DNA of 63,287 nt, filler included, from Octopus bimaculoides (GCF_001194135.2; 3 parts of 3 records of this genome joined end to end with filler, not necessarily neighbours in it); one strand, 5' to 3'; shown: positions 12,962 through 27,039, counted from the first letter of the whole stretch. Made by a program: numbers and translations. The notes: generated by a model from the letters alone, not told the origin.

Positions 12962-13090
12962 TATGTTTGTGTGTCTGTGTTTGTCTTCCCACCATCACCT
13001 GACAACCGATGCTGGTGTGTTTACGTCCCCGTTATCCAGCGGTTCGGCAAAAGAGAACGATAGAATAAGTACTAGGCTTACAAGGAATAA
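12962..13090 (+). mobile_element. SINE family 2, 3' body fragment
   Basis: Matches 50060-50180 (GACAACCGAT..GGTGTGTTTACGTCCCC..AGCGGTTCGGCAAAAG..AGAATAAGTACTAGGCTTACAA). Confidence 0.65.
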
Positions 13091-13382
13091 GTTCTGTGAA
13101 GTCCGTTGAAAAGGATTTGTATTCTACTGCATCTTTTTGTGCAATCAACCTCTTTGGCCAAATCTGTTAAAAAAACCTAAGGTTGTGTGAAAGTCTATTT
13201 CACATGAACTATAACTCCGCATTTTCAAAGCCCTTTCTCTAATTTGAAATAGTCGCAAACACTGAAACCGGTACTAAAATGCTCTTCATGATAAAATTAA
13301 TTTAGCGTTTCCTACATTGTCTTATTTTCCTTATAAATATTGACTCCTGTGTTCCTTTTCAAACTTTTACATACACACACAA

Positions 13383-13426
<44 letters not shown>

Positions 13427-14009
13427 CATTCATGTGCATATTAATGTGTGTATGCATATATAAGTGTATGTGTGTTTATGTATGTAGACAGACGTATGGG
13501 TACTGGAGAATGAGTAAACATGGAATTGCAAAGCTTGACGAATGGCTTTGTAATGAAGTTCATTTACGTATTGATAACCCATTGTATTTAATTCTCTCAC
13601 CCAAGTACATTTATTATTGGTGAATTATTTATCCTTCTCTATATTTTCTTTCAAGTTGACAGCTAATTACAATATATAACAATCACAAATAGGAAAACGG
13701 ACAACATCTGCTCAATATCATTTGCGGGACTTTTGCGTTTCTGAGTATCTCTAACAACGTATTTAACAAACACAGACAAGCATATCCATCTAACAAACAA
13801 CGTATATATAGAGAGAGAGAGAGAGACATGCGCACTTTTAAAGCCTAGCCAGGCTAATGGGGCCGATCTCCCGGTTTCTATGGGGTATGTACTCCCCAGC
13901 TGGACAGGACGCCAGTGCATCGCAGCGTTACTCGAGAAACAGGAAGAAAGAGGGAGGGAAAGTTGGGGCGACGGCAGGGGTCACCCACGAGTAACATCAA
14001 AGATTGTTT

Positions 14010-16353
14010 TGTTTAAAACATAGAGATTGAAGAGCCATCTGATCTAGTCCGCACATAGATTCCTTCTCGTGTTGTGCCGAAATCGTGTCGCAGAAGGAGA
14101 GAGGAAAAGATCCCAAAGAGAGTTGGGGCGAGCACACAGCCTTGCTTGACTCCGCTGCGTATGTCGAAGGACTCAGAGAGGTTGCCGTTCAACTGCACAG
14201 TCCCCTTCATGTTTGAGTGAAAGGACTCAATTAAGCTGTGCAATCTTGGAGGGCAGCCAATCTTATGGAGAGCTTTGAAGAGGTCATCTCAGCTGACGTG
14301 GTTGAAGGCCTTGGTGAGGTCCCTAAATACAACATATAGGGGCATCTGCTGCTCCCTGCACTTCTCCTGGAGTTGACGAAGGGAGACGATCATGTCTACA
14401 GTGGACCTTCCAGCTCGGAAGCCGCACTGTGATTCTGGGTAGACATGATCAACAAACTTCTGCAGACGGGTCAAAAGGACCCGGGCGTAGACTTTACCAA
14501 CGACATTGAGGAGGGAGATGTCCCTGTAGTTGTTAGAGTCGCTTCTTTCGCCCTTGTTCTTGTACAGGGTAACAATCTTTTCATCTTTCATGTCTTACGG
14601 TACAGCTCCCTCCCTCTTTGCCCGCTACTAGGTTGTCGATGGCCTTGTTCAGCTCATACATGTTTGGCTCTGCATTGAGCTCTTCCATGACCCGCATGCA
14701 CTCGATATAGCGTCAAGAACTGCGGAGGTCCCTGTGTTTTCTCTGAAATAGAGCTCAGAATAGTGCTCCACCCATCTGTCCATTTGTAGGCCTTGATCAG
14801 TGATAACTTCCCCAGTGAGGGATTTGATGGGAGCCGTCTTGTTCTGCTTTGGTCCCACTACCCTCTTGATGCCATCGTACCTCCTCTGATGTTGCCAGTT
14901 ACGGCAGCGATATGAATTGACTCGCTGAGCTGCGTCCAGTAGTCAATGGCGCAGTGCCTGACGGTGTGCTGGAACTTGCTCCTGCTAGCCCTCAGAATCT
15001 GTAGGTTTCTCTCAATGGGTGAACGCTTATATTCCGCCAAAGCACCTCGTTTGGCCTCAATTACAGTGGTCATCTCAAGCAACTTGGCCTCAAACCAGTC
15101 ATGTGACTTTGAGGTCTTTTTTCCGTGTGATGGATTGTGTCTCGCAGAGTTTCCCATCTATCTGCGGCAGTATGTCTGGACTGTGTTGTATCATACTCCA
15201 CCTCAAAATCCTCTGCAAACTGTTCTAGAAGGTCGGGCTGAGACATCTTGTTGACATTGATGTGTGAGGTCACCGGTTTCTTTGCACGGGGAAACTTTTG
15301 GCGTTGTAACCTGATCTTGCAGCATACCAAGAAGTGATCTGTGTCGCTGTCTGCACTGTGGTAAGATCGTGTGTGGAGAACATACACGATGGCAGCACGC
15401 TTGAACAGGATCAGATCCAGTTGATGCCAATGCTTTGAACGTGGATGTCTCCAAGACACTTTGTGTTGGGGCTTGGTCTTGAAGAAGGAGTTGGTGATGC
15501 ACAGGTCGTGCACGGTGCAGAGCNNNNNNNNNNCCCACTCCGAACGGGCCGCGGCAAGAGGGCCGTGAGTCGTTCTCAGCACCCACTCTGGCATTGAAAT
15601 CACCCAAGAGAACAAGTTGTTCGTTAATTGGGATTCTCTTGATAGTAGATGTAAGGCCCTCGTGGAACTCGTCATTGGCATCCGAGGCGGCTGACATTGT
15701 TGGGGCATACACATTGACGAGGGTGACAGGGCCCTCGTTTGTGTTGACGCAGAGAGTTAAGACTCGCCGGATCCGCCGATGCCTGGCTCTACAGTCCTCA
15801 GCGAGCTGTTCTTAATTGCAAAGCCTACTCCATGTTCTCTGGGCTCATCAGAGCTCTTCCCGTTCCATAGGAATATGTAGTCCCTCTCCTTCAATGTACC
15901 GGCATCGGGTAACCGTATTTCTTGCAGAGCAGCGATATCGACGTTCAGTCTCTTGAGCTCCTCATTGATGACTGCTGTTTTCCTGGCGTCTCTGATGCGC
16001 TGAAGGTCCTGGGAGAGGCCAGGTATCATTGTCCAGACATTCCAAAATCCCAGTTTTAGAGCTGGTCTCTTTTTGACAACTTTTCTGTTTTTCTGTATTT
16101 CTGCTTTTGCCTGATACGGTAGTTGACGATCTGTTTGTCGGATGTTCTCCTAATCCCCATGCACCCAAAACAGGCCGTGGCGAGACAACACCTGACTGGC
16201 TAAGGTTTGCCTAACTTGAGGCGGGCGGTAGCTGTCCAATGCGACTCGAAGATCTCTACCACCGTCGGAAGCAGCCCCTGGCGCTGCACTATACGCCAAT
16301 TGAGTAAAGGCTTATAAACGTTTTCTGTTGCTTCCGTGTTGTGTCGACACCAA
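14010..16353 (-). mobile_element. RTE-clade (BovB-like) LINE: AP endonuclease + RT, 3'-truncated and frameshifted
   Basis: EN: LNVDIAALQEIRL..EHGVGFAIK, LVLLGDFNARVG, HWHQLDLI..DTDHFLV. RT: IVTLYKNKGERSDSNNYRDISLL, PESQCGFRAGRSTVDMI..LRQLQEKCREQQ..DLTKAF, GVKQGCVLAPTLF. Confidence 0.92.
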
Positions 16354-17988
16354 NNNNNNNNNNNNNNNNNNNNNNNNNNNNNNNNNNNNNNNNNNNNNNN
16401 NNNNNNNNNNNNNNNNNNNNNNNNNNNNNNNNNNNNNNNNNNNNNNNNNNNNNNNNNNNNNNNNNNNNNNNNNNNNNNNNNNNNNNNNNNNNNNNNNNNN
16501 NNNNNNNNNNNNNNNNNNNNNNNNNNNNNNNNNNNNNNNNNNNNNNNNNNNNNNNNNNNNNNNNNNNNNNNNNNNNNNNNNNNNNNNNNNNNNNNNNNNN
16601 NNNNNNNNNNNNNNNNNNNNNNNNNNNNNNNNNNNNNNNNNNNNNNNNNNNNNNNNNNNNNNNNNNNNNNNNNCTGGTTTTGAGGCGACATATACCCGCC
16701 TTTACCGCTTCTCCCGTCTGTGGTAGTATTCCACCGGGCTTTGAGACTAAGCCGACATACAATACATATACAATTTAAAAACACAATATGTACACACACG
16801 CGCAAAAATGCAGTATATACGATATATACACACACAGTTTAAAATGCAATATATACACTACACACACACAAACACTCCACAAACGCATGTAGTTGAATGG
16901 CTGTTGACTACTTTGTAGTTCCTCAGCCCTTTGACGGGTCTTATTTTTTTATCCCGCTGGGTGTTCAACAAGCACCCACCTCACCAAGCAAGCCTGGTGC
17001 GGTTGCCAGTTTAGTCGCCGACGACTCAACTATGGAACAGGTTGTGCTGGACTACATGCTACCAGTAGCACTCAAGAGCGACCTGACATTAGGTGTTAAG
17101 TAATGTGGTGAATATAGGTAGTTAATTCTGGCAAATCGAGAAAAATATGTACACGCTTACTCGTTAATCTCGCTATAAAGGAGTTACGAAATATTGAGAG
17201 GACTCCGCTAACATTCCAGCCTTGGTCATATTACCATTAACGCAACAATTTTCAAGAGTTATACAATGATTATGCAATGACCGGGAAGCATGGTTAGCAC
17301 ACCAGTTCTGACTTCAAATGACCAGATTGACTTTGCCTTTTAATTTTACGGTATTGAAACAATAAGTACCAGCTGAGAACTGTAGGCCATGTAATCGGCT
17401 TCCAGTCACTTCAAAATTGTTGGCCTTGTACCAAAATTCGAAAGTAAGTATTATATAATGATTGACAACAGTCGACAGTTTAGTCTGTCACATCATATTC
17501 ATGTTCAGATACAACAAATTTTAATGTGAGAATAAACATATGTATGAAGAATATGGAAGAAGAATTTTAGTTTTAGAGGCTGAAATTTTAGAAGTCAACC
17601 TTAAATTCAGTTGTTCGTCCGTGGCAAACTACACATATAAATACATCCAATGATGAGCCTTGTCACAACATATCAGAAATAATAGAAATAGATTTTAATA
17701 AACACATTTTTACTATCTTTCAAAAGATTAATTAGATATTGAATCCGTAGGCTTAATACGTAGAAATAAAAATAGAAAAGAGTAATACCTTGTAAAAGGT
17801 AAACAAATAATGTCACAAGGTATTTCAAACCAAGCCCGAAATTTTATTCGTTTTGCGTATATCTATTCATAAAATGTTTAAAAGAATCTTCGACAGATTA
17901 TACACACACAGACACACACACAGACACACACACATATATATATATACACACACACAGCGATACATATATAAGTGTATTCATATATACT

Positions 17989-18047
<59 letters not shown>

Positions 18048-18091
18048 NNNNNNNNNNNNNNNNNNNNNNNNNNNNNNNNNNNNNNNNNNNN

Positions 18092-18103
18092 TTAATTAAT
18101 TAA
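18092..18103. other. Assembly spacer TTAATTAATTAA inside an N gap
   Basis: Palindromic six-frame-stop 12-mer flanked by Ns; identical at 43061-43072. Confidence 0.85.
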
Positions 18104-19176
18104 NNNNNNNNNNNNNNNNNNNNNNNNNNNNNNNNNNNNNNNNNNNNTTCATGAGCAAAATTCTTTTTACAGGGTCCATAACACTAGAATTTTTGAATAT
18201 GCGCATAAATATCAGATATATAAAGATGAGAATATGTGTCTGTGTGAATCCATAAAACTCGAGAACTACACCACCAATGTCATTTGAAATTAACACATGC
18301 CTTACTTAGGGTCCATGTAGTGTCTAAGGTCAAAACAATTTTTAACTTCTTGCATTGTTCGAGCCCACACCAATATCATATCTCCTCCACTATTTCAGTA
18401 TTATGTGTCAAAAGTGAAACAATAACATCTCTCTACTGTAATGTCAGATACTTTCACTTTCACACTGAAACTATTCCACTATTTCAGTATTACATTTCAA
18501 AGGTGAAACAATGACATGTCGCTACTGTAATTTCAAATACTTTCACTTTAATACTTTCAATTTCATACTGAAACTATTAAAGTGAAACTATACTCTCACA
18601 TATATACAGGTATACTATAAGACCAAAGTTAAAAACATTCCCCACAATTCAACTTCTCTGGTTGACATTAACACACCCACCCCCAATAGGGGCCTTCATT
18701 CCCATATTTTAGAGCTCCATGAGCTCCATTTTTCAGGAGCAAAATCCTTTTTACAGGTTCCAGAAGACTGAAATTTTGGAATATGTGCATAAAGATTAAT
18801 AGTATGGGATACATGTCTCATGATTAGAATTTTTTNNNNNNNNNNNNNNNNNNNNNNNNNNNNNNNNNNNNNNNNNNNNNNNNNNNNNNNNNNNNNNNNN
18901 NNNNNNNNNNNNNNNNNNNNNNNNNNNNNNNNNNNNNNNNNNNNNNNNNNNNNNNNNNNNNNNNNNNNNNNNNNNNNNNNNNNNNNNNNNNNNNNNNNNN
19001 NNNNNNNNNNNNNNNNNNNNNNNNNNNNNNNNNNNNNNNNNNNNNNNNNNNNNNNNNNNNNNNNNNNNNNNNNNNNNNNNNNNNNNNNNNNNNNNNNNNN
19101 NNNNNNNNNATATATATGTATATATATGTATGTATATCTATATCCATCTATGTATGTATATTTCTATCTATATACA

Positions 19177-19229
<53 letters not shown>

Positions 19230-19908
19230 ATGTACACATATGCATGTGTGTGTGTTTGTATGTATATACACGTACATGCATTATGTGAGCGATATTTTCA
19301 ACTGAGACGTTACAACCGTATCTGATTCTTCAAATACTTCAATTCTGTTTATGTACATATATTTACTAGGTTGAAGACATTTATCAATGGTTTTTCCATT
19401 GTGTTGAAGCGCCATTTTCTATCATTGATAAAACTGTCATTTTTGACGACACGAGTATGCTATTTTATTTAGAATGTACTAAAGAGCTACAACTGGTTTA
19501 ACAAATGATGACTGTTTGAGTGTTGTTAAAAGTTTCTATACATTCCATCTAAAATATCTCCATGAAAACCACTGATATGATAGATTAGAGAATTAAGTCA
19601 GCGAAGCATAACGACGTGGAATTCTATTAATATGCAGTAGGATTGTGGATATATTTGTAAAAATATATTTACTTTCTTGTTTTTCTCATTTACATTTACA
19701 TTTACATAATGGAAGGATAAATGTCTTTACTCTATGAAAGTATTTTTTAGGACAAGTACGAATACAATATTGTTTTGTGACAATACTATTGTATAATACA
19801 GAACAAAATGTACTGCAACAACACAGTTCAATTTTTAACTTCAACAATACCTCACATCACTAGCACCCGTGAGAAAGAAATATACAGTAAACAATATTAT
19901 TAGTTTCA

Positions 19909-20100
19909 AATTTTGGCACAAGGTCAGTAATTTTAGAGGAGGAGGAATCCATTACATCAACTCCAGTGTTCAACTGGTACTTATTTTATCGACCCCGAAA
20001 GGCAAAATCAACCTCGGCGGAATTTGCACTTAGAATGGAAAGACGAAATGTTGCTAAGCATTTCGCCCGGTGGGCTAACGATTCTGCCAACTCGCTGCCT
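19909..20100 (-). mobile_element. tRNA-derived SINE family 1
   Basis: Reverse complement matches the copies at 54544 and 57174 (GGCAGCGAGTTGGCAGAATCGTTAGC..CCGCCGAGGTTGATTTTGCC..AAGTACCAG). Confidence 0.8.
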
Positions 20101-20632
20101 AGTAAGCAATATTATTGATGGAATGGTTTGATATCCGTTGGAGTAAATTATAAATGGTGACACTTTCATATGATAATATAACACTTGATAATAAGATCAT
20201 TAATGAGGAGAAAGAGCGCACTTTAGAATGGCTTCCATCGTAATGTATGGGTTTTCAAAAGTTTCGGTTTTTTTTTTTAATATTGCTTTGATTTCAAGGA
20301 AAGAGGTGTGTCATCCTAGGCCCTCCGAGACTAGTGAAGATAACAATGTTCTTTTGAACGAGTCAAGGTCTGCAGAAGAAACATGGGCAGGTATAGAAAT
20401 CAACAGGAGGAGTGCATACTTGTTAATACGGATCTGGTGATAAGATGGAAACAATATGTGTGACATTAGGAGAGAAGAATAAGTTGGAAGTGGCTGAGCT
20501 GAATTGGAAGGTAACCAGGCAGCTGTCAAAGGCAGAGGCCACTATAAAATTGATAGAAAAAGATTTGTATGTTTTACCGAATGCTAATCAGTAAAGTGAC
20601 TTTTCTTTGGAAAAGATCGAAGATGCATGTGC

Positions 20633-20673
<41 letters not shown>

Positions 20674-20683
20674 NNNNNNNNNN

Positions 20684-20719
<36 letters not shown>

Positions 20720-21089
20720 GGTGTGTCTTTGTAACAACAGTAAGATCGCAGTTGTACGATCAATTTCTATTGGAGGTATCACCTGAACTGTACGTTCAGA
20801 AAGATCCTCAGAGACGGTGAAGTCTCTCGTTTGTAATGAATCAGAATAAAAACGTTTCGTAGTTCCTTAACCTTTTACTGCGCAAATCTGATATATTCAC
20901 TCAAAATTTGATTGTCCTTAATTGTGGAAAGCAGTTTAATATACCAATCTATCTTTTATTGAGGAATGTCATATTTGAAATTATTTTCTGTTGCGATATG
21001 TCAAGCTTATTGATGCAAATGACTTGCATAAAAACCAATTCATTTCTTTGGTAGATATTTAATACCATTACTGGAATGACTATGAAATT

Positions 21090-22410
21090 TAATGTCGCAG
21101 TGTAAGAGTTAATATGCGTAGTGATTGATGTCTTGATGCTTTTGAATAAGTCACAACTGACACGAAGACATCATTGAAAGGCACTCGTCCAGAGTTGAAA
21201 TATTTACGATGCATAAACTGGTTATAAATACTAAAATAATGGTAGTAGACAGATATAATTTTAATGTAACATTTATTACAACAAAAACATTTATCACTCA
21301 ATATGACCACCCTTTTGGGCAATTATTTCCTCCAAACGAGAACGAAATTTTTTTGCAGCTGACGCAACCTTCGCATCTTTGATTTTGCGTGTCGCACGCA
21401 TTCGAGTGTAGTAAAGCATTGGTCCTTGCTTAAAGGACCATAAAAAGTAATCGCGAAGGTTGAGATCTGGGCTATTATTGGGTCAGATGTTGGCCCTCAC
21501 AAAAAATGGCACCTTCTCACCAAGGAAGGCCTGTGTTATTTTTGACCCATGGCATGGTGCAGAATCCTGGATAAGCACCACATTGTCAAGCTCAATCTCT
21601 GCTCTATCCAAAGTAAGACATCTTTAGGATGTCCAGATACTCTTTTGTGCTGATCTTCAAGCCAGATTCAATGAAGTGTGGATCCATGACACTTCCATGA
21701 TATTCGTTGCGGCTCCAAATGCCATCACAGAAGCAGGATACTTAGTCACAAACACAGGGGTAGGGTGAGGTGTCAGAAGGGTTGTATGCAATCACTCGAG
21801 AATTTCTGCGATTCACCTCAGCATCTACAGTGAACTTCTCGTCCACAAACACGAGAGTTTTTCCTGTACATTGATGCTCGATGAATGACAGAAGCTTTGG
21901 GCATCTCTCGGTTCTGATTGCTTTGGCCTTAGCTGTTAGGAGGTGACGGCATCATCGAACATAGCTAGTGATACCAAGGTTCCTGTTCACAGCTCTGGAC
22001 ACCGTGGAAAGGGACACATTGCGTTTCTTTGCAAGAGTTGTCATAGATGTGAATGGGTTGGCTTCAATCGAGCGTTTAAGGCTAGCGAGAAACTTTGGAT
22101 TGCATTTGGAATCACTTCGAGTCCTGTGTCCTTGTCTATCAATCTTTCCCTCTTCTTTAAACATGATAAACTGTTACTTTTGGAAGTTTCGTCAACTTAA
22201 CAATTTTATTAAGAGTGTGCCCGGCACGTGCCAAAACAACAATTGCGGAACAATTCTGTTGCTCCATGACTTTCTGTTGTCCAGTCAGTTCGCAATTTAC
22301 CTGAAAAAAGAGGAGGATTAGATTTTCAAGCGACCAAAGTTTCGTCAATAAATGAAATGTTAAACCCACTAAGGCAACTGCTTAAAATTGATCTCAATTT
22401 ATCTGCAACA
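21090..22410 (-). mobile_element. Tc1/mariner DD37D (maT-like) transposon relic
   Basis: HTH region (IVVLARAGHTLNKIVKLTKLPKVTVYHV), FVDEKFTVD, and IQDSAPCHGS...PNNSPDLNLRDYFLW with 37 residues counted between the second and third D; internal stops. Confidence 0.85.
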
Positions 22411-22454
22411 CACACACACACATTGTTGTATTTCGGGATGGTAATTCTTTTACC

Positions 22455-22683
22455 AAATAGACACACGCACTATATATTTTTACTTCATTCGTTTATTACT
22501 GTTCTTCTATTATTTTAACTCATATCCATTGTCCGGAAGTTTTCGTAACACATCTGTGACCTCTTCAGCAACACTTTTCGTTTTCGGGTGTGTTCTTGCT
22601 CCACTTTATTCTGTTCTTCTGAGATCTGTATCCTTATGTGCGCAAGCATTTGTGTCCTTGTTTGTTTGTGTGAGTGTGTGTGC

Positions 22684-22719
<36 letters not shown>

Positions 22720-24027
22720 GTGTGTGCGTGTGTGTATGTGTGTATGTATGCTTGTGTGTGTGTCATAGTTTTAACAGCAGTGTGGCCTTCTCAGCCTATC
22801 CTCTCACTCCATTGTGCTGCTGCTGTCCTAAGACCCCACCCCAAATATAAAACAAAAATAAATATGGTACAGTTCCTGTATTCCTGTGTACGTGTGTTCA
22901 CCCACGGTGTTGCCATTGTGGTAGTTGTTGTTACTATCATCGTTGTCACGGCCGCTGCTGCTGTCGCTGTTAATTGTATTGTTGTCATTATTATGGCCGT
23001 CCATGAAATTTCTTGTGTGTGTTCGTGTGTGTGAATCGGTTCGTTTCATATGTAGTATGTATCCATGCCCTTTATATAGTTTCATTTATTTATTTTATCT
23101 ATCTCTATGTTTTACACCTACAACTACCTACATTGCAGAGACTGCACGCAGCATAGAAGAGCGTATAGGTGAACATTACCGAGAGCTCAAAGAAGGGAAA
23201 AGCTCGTTAGTGTTTTACCAACATGCTCAGGCAGAACATGGAGGCTCGATTAATAACATAGAGGTTAAAGTACTATCGAAACATAGAACTGACACGACAC
23301 TTGGATCACAGAGGCTACACACATAACAGTAGACAGACCGAGCCTCAATAGAAAACACGAATGGAACAATAACACCCACCAGCACATCACGCCACACCAA
23401 AACACATGACTAAACACAAAAGGGATGCGAAGTGAGAGGGGAACAATCGTAAATAATACACAGAAACACAGGGTAATACACACACAATAGACATTTACGT
23501 ACTTACCCGTGATACTTACAAGAAATGGAGATAGATGTATAAAAAATAAAATAAGTAAATATATAAATAGATAAATAAATATATAATTATATATTGTCAC
23601 ATACCTGTGATAAATATAAGACATAGAGATAGATACAATAAATAATTGAAACTATATAACGGGTATGGATACATACAACATATGAAGCGAACTCATACAC
23701 ACACACAAACATACACACAAGAAATTTCATGGACGGCTATAATAATAACAAAATTAACAGCGACATTCAGCAGCGGCCGACACAACGTTGGTAGTAACAA
23801 CAACAACAACAACAACAACAACAACTACACGATGGCAACACTGTGGGCGAACACACCTACACAGAGGAATACAGGAACTGTACCATATTTATTTTTGTAT
23901 ATATATATTTTTTGGGTCTTAGAACAGCAACAGCATAATGGGATGAGAGGATGGGGCTGAGGGGAAGGCCACAATGCTGCTAAAAACTATGACACACACA
24001 GAAGCATACACCCCCCCACACACACAC
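22455..24027 (+). mobile_element. 5'-truncated Penelope-like copy with inverted terminal repeat
   Basis: GIY-YIG fragment YIAETARSIEERIGEHYRELKEGKSSLVFYQHAQAEH (23120-23326) lies between ~350-bp inverted repeats (22765-23112 and 23620-23998). The left arm continues to a hammerhead. Confidence 0.7.
22530..22573 (-). ncRNA. Minimal type I hammerhead ribozyme with intact catalytic core
   Basis: Minus strand: UGUUG CUGAAGA G GUCACA-GAUG-UGUUAC GAAA ACUUC^CGGACA. Core boxes are perfect, stem II pairs 5/6, and stem I has G-U pairs. Confidence 0.65.
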
Positions 24028-24949
24028 NNNNNNNNNNNNNNNNNNNNNNNNNNNNNNNNNNNNNNNNNNNNNNNNNNNNNNNNNNNNNNNNNNNNNNNNN
24101 NNNNNNNNNNNNNNNNNNNNNNNNNNNNNNNNNNNNNNNNNNNNNNNNNNNNNNNNNNNNNNNNNNNNNNNNNNNNNNNNNNNNNNNNNNNNNNNNNNNN
24201 NNNNNNNNNNNNNNNNNNNNNNNNNNNNNNNNNNNNNNNNNNNNNNNNNNNNNNNNNNNNNNNNNNNNNNNNNNNNNNNNNNNNNNNNNNNNNNNNNNNN
24301 NNNNNNNNNNNNNNNNNNNNNNNNNNNNNNNNNNNNNNNNNNNNNNNNNNNNNNNNNNNNNNNNNNNNNNNNNNNNNNNNNNNNNNNNNNNNNNNNNNNN
24401 NNNNNNNNNNNNNNNNNNNNNNNNNNNNNNNNNNNNNNNNNNNNNNNNNNNNNNNNNNNNNNNNNNNNNNNNNNNNNNNNNNNNNNNNNNNNNNNNNNNN
24501 NNNNAAATGAACATATTTATCTTCTTCAATATATATTTCAGTATAAAGAATTCATTAAGTGACTTAATAAATCAAAATTTCTTTACACATCTTCAGGAAT
24601 AAATATAACACCAGAAAACTACATTCGGTTTAAAAATACACACCGTTCATGGCGAAAAAATTTCACAATTACAAAAACCGAACAAAATTTTTAAAGTTTT
24701 AGCAATATATATAAAATTTTGGATAAATTCTTCGGCCCTCAAGCAGATGCTGCAACTGATAAACTATACGATAGAAAATATTGTATCTCATCCTCCCAAA
24801 AACTCTCATTCTATGTATATATATGTATGTATATGCATGTATGCATGTATGTGTGTGTATGTGTGTATGTATGTGTGTGTGTATGTATGTATGTATGTAT
24901 GTTTGTATGTATGTATGTTTGTATGTATGTATGTAAAAAAATTTTATGT

Positions 24950-26553
24950 CACAGAAATAAAGGGTTCCTGAAAAATTTTGACATAATGTGGAATTCCGTA
25001 ACGTGAAATGAATTTTCTCATTGATTTTCATGTTGTATATGTAAGATCCGTCGAGATGGATTTTTAGATAAAAACAAACAAGCAAAAAACAATAACAAAA
25101 CAAACACGACCATATTTATGCATGAAAATCATTTCAAAGCATGCACAGTATAATGAGTATACAAAAAAGAATATATATTTAAAGAAGAATATGTTAGGTA
25201 ATTAATAAATATCGTAACAGGGCAGGTTCTTATCACAAAAGATGTTGACTATTGTGTGGTGGTAGAATGAGAGTTTTTGGGTGGATGAGATACAATATTT
25301 TCTATCGTATAGTTTATCAGTTGCAGCATCTGCTTGAGGGCCGAAGAATTTATCCAAAATTGTTTGATTTTTATGCCGCACCATTTCTTTGTACAGCTCA
25401 GTGTAGGAACTGAGTTCATTGTAAACTCACCCTGTGATTTTTATGCAACTTTCATGATTAGGGTCATCAACAAAAATTTCTTGTAGACCTCCCTCCAGAA
25501 GTATCATGCATTCTTGGCAGTCAATTCAAGTGAAGATGATGGAATTTCCACATTCTCGTCTGTATTCTTTGTTTGCTCTTTTTCTAGTAACATCACCTCC
25601 TCTTTAGGTAAGCTTTCTGTATTGGACAGTAGCAACTCAACCACATCATCTATAATTTCTTCAAACCCTACATCATTTTTAAGTGTCACAATATCATTCT
25701 GAATTCGATGAAGGCTTTTTGCTTGTGAAAAACATAAAGTCACTGATACAGTCTGGTCATATAATTTTACCATTCAAATTTGAGCGTTTCACCTCTTTCC
25801 ATAGCTCAAGTTTGTTATCTAGAGTATCCATGATGTTGAACTTATTAAAAAAATCTCTAACTGTAAATTTATCCTCTCTGTCAATTGCTATCATAAGTTG
25901 TCAAAAGTTCTTAGAAAACCACGCTTTGATTTACTTGCTAGAGTAAAGAAATTGCATTCTAGGGGATATATTTAATTTTCGCATTATCAGAGAGCTTATT
26001 TAGTTTTATGGAGCGGTTTGGCTCAGAGTCTAAAAGGGTCAATGGTTTCCTGGAAATATGTATTATGTCTAGCTCTTTACCTTTCTACAGTAGGACAAAA
26101 ACTATTGATTAACCACTCTTCAAAAAGGCTTTTAGTAATTCACGCCTTCTTATTTGAACACCACATTAGGGGTAGATGAAAATTTGCGTAACTTTTGATA
26201 ACCGTTGTATTATTTGAGTGATACATGAGAACTTTAGTTTCATATCATCAGTGACATTTCTTCCCAGAAGAAGCATGAAATGAATTTCGGAAGCTTTAAA
26301 TCTTGGTGTTGGCTTTTCTTTTCGAGAAATAAAAGTTCTAGCAGGCTTGCTCTTTCAGAAAAGTGCAGTTTCATTAATGTTGTATACTTGCTCTGGTGTG
26401 CAGCTTCATCAGCAATAATTTTTATTGTTTTCTCGATTCTCTTATGGGGGGGGGGTTATCCCTTGGAGGAATTTACAGCGTGATTGACAACTCATAGTAG
26501 TCATAAATGTTAAATACTAATCGATACGGTTAGCCGTAATGTGGATACCCCTG
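24950..26553 (-). mobile_element. Tigger/pogo-like DNA transposon relic
   Basis: WKEVKRSNLNGKIIWPDC, GFEEIIDDVVELLLSNTESLPKEEVM, KNQTILDKFF are typical Tigger C-terminal motifs; candidate 5' TIR CAGGGGTATCCACATTACG at ~26553. Confidence 0.7.
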
Positions 26554-27039
26554 TCAACCGTCATTTTTGCTCTGCCAGCCATTCCATCGTGCATTCTAGT
26601 TTTCGGCATGGCCTTCCATCATGGATCCACTACCACCAGACTTCACCTTGAACAGTGCTACATCTTCTCTCTTCAAACTGTTTGCACAGAACACCTCTAC
26701 TCTTTCCAGGAACATCCTCCATATACATTTTTGATTAAAAAAAAAATTAATTTTAATGTTTTAAAATTTGATTTTAATTTTTTAAAAGTTTTTGATTTAA
26801 TTAAAACTATTGTTATTTTTAATATATCTTCCACACACACATACGCACCCATATACATAACTTGTACCCCCACACATACGACATACGTACCTACCGCACA
26901 CATACACGTTTCCATATCCTGACATGTGCAAACATCCCTTCTTACATACCGGTATACATACATACATACATACATAGACCCTCACACACGCACACGTAAA
27001 CATATACGCATATATATGGATGAACCGCTCGTTCCACAG

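Noticed and set aside
16200-17100. Possible HDV-like ribozyme in the RTE 5' region
   Set aside because: Expected for some RTEs, but I could not trace the P1-P4 pseudoknot by eye and a gap interrupts the region; needs an RNArobo or Infernal search.
18092-18103. Isolated palindrome TTAATTAATTAA recurring at 43061
   Set aside because: Embedded in Ns both times and has stops in all six frames; an assembly spacer, not biology.
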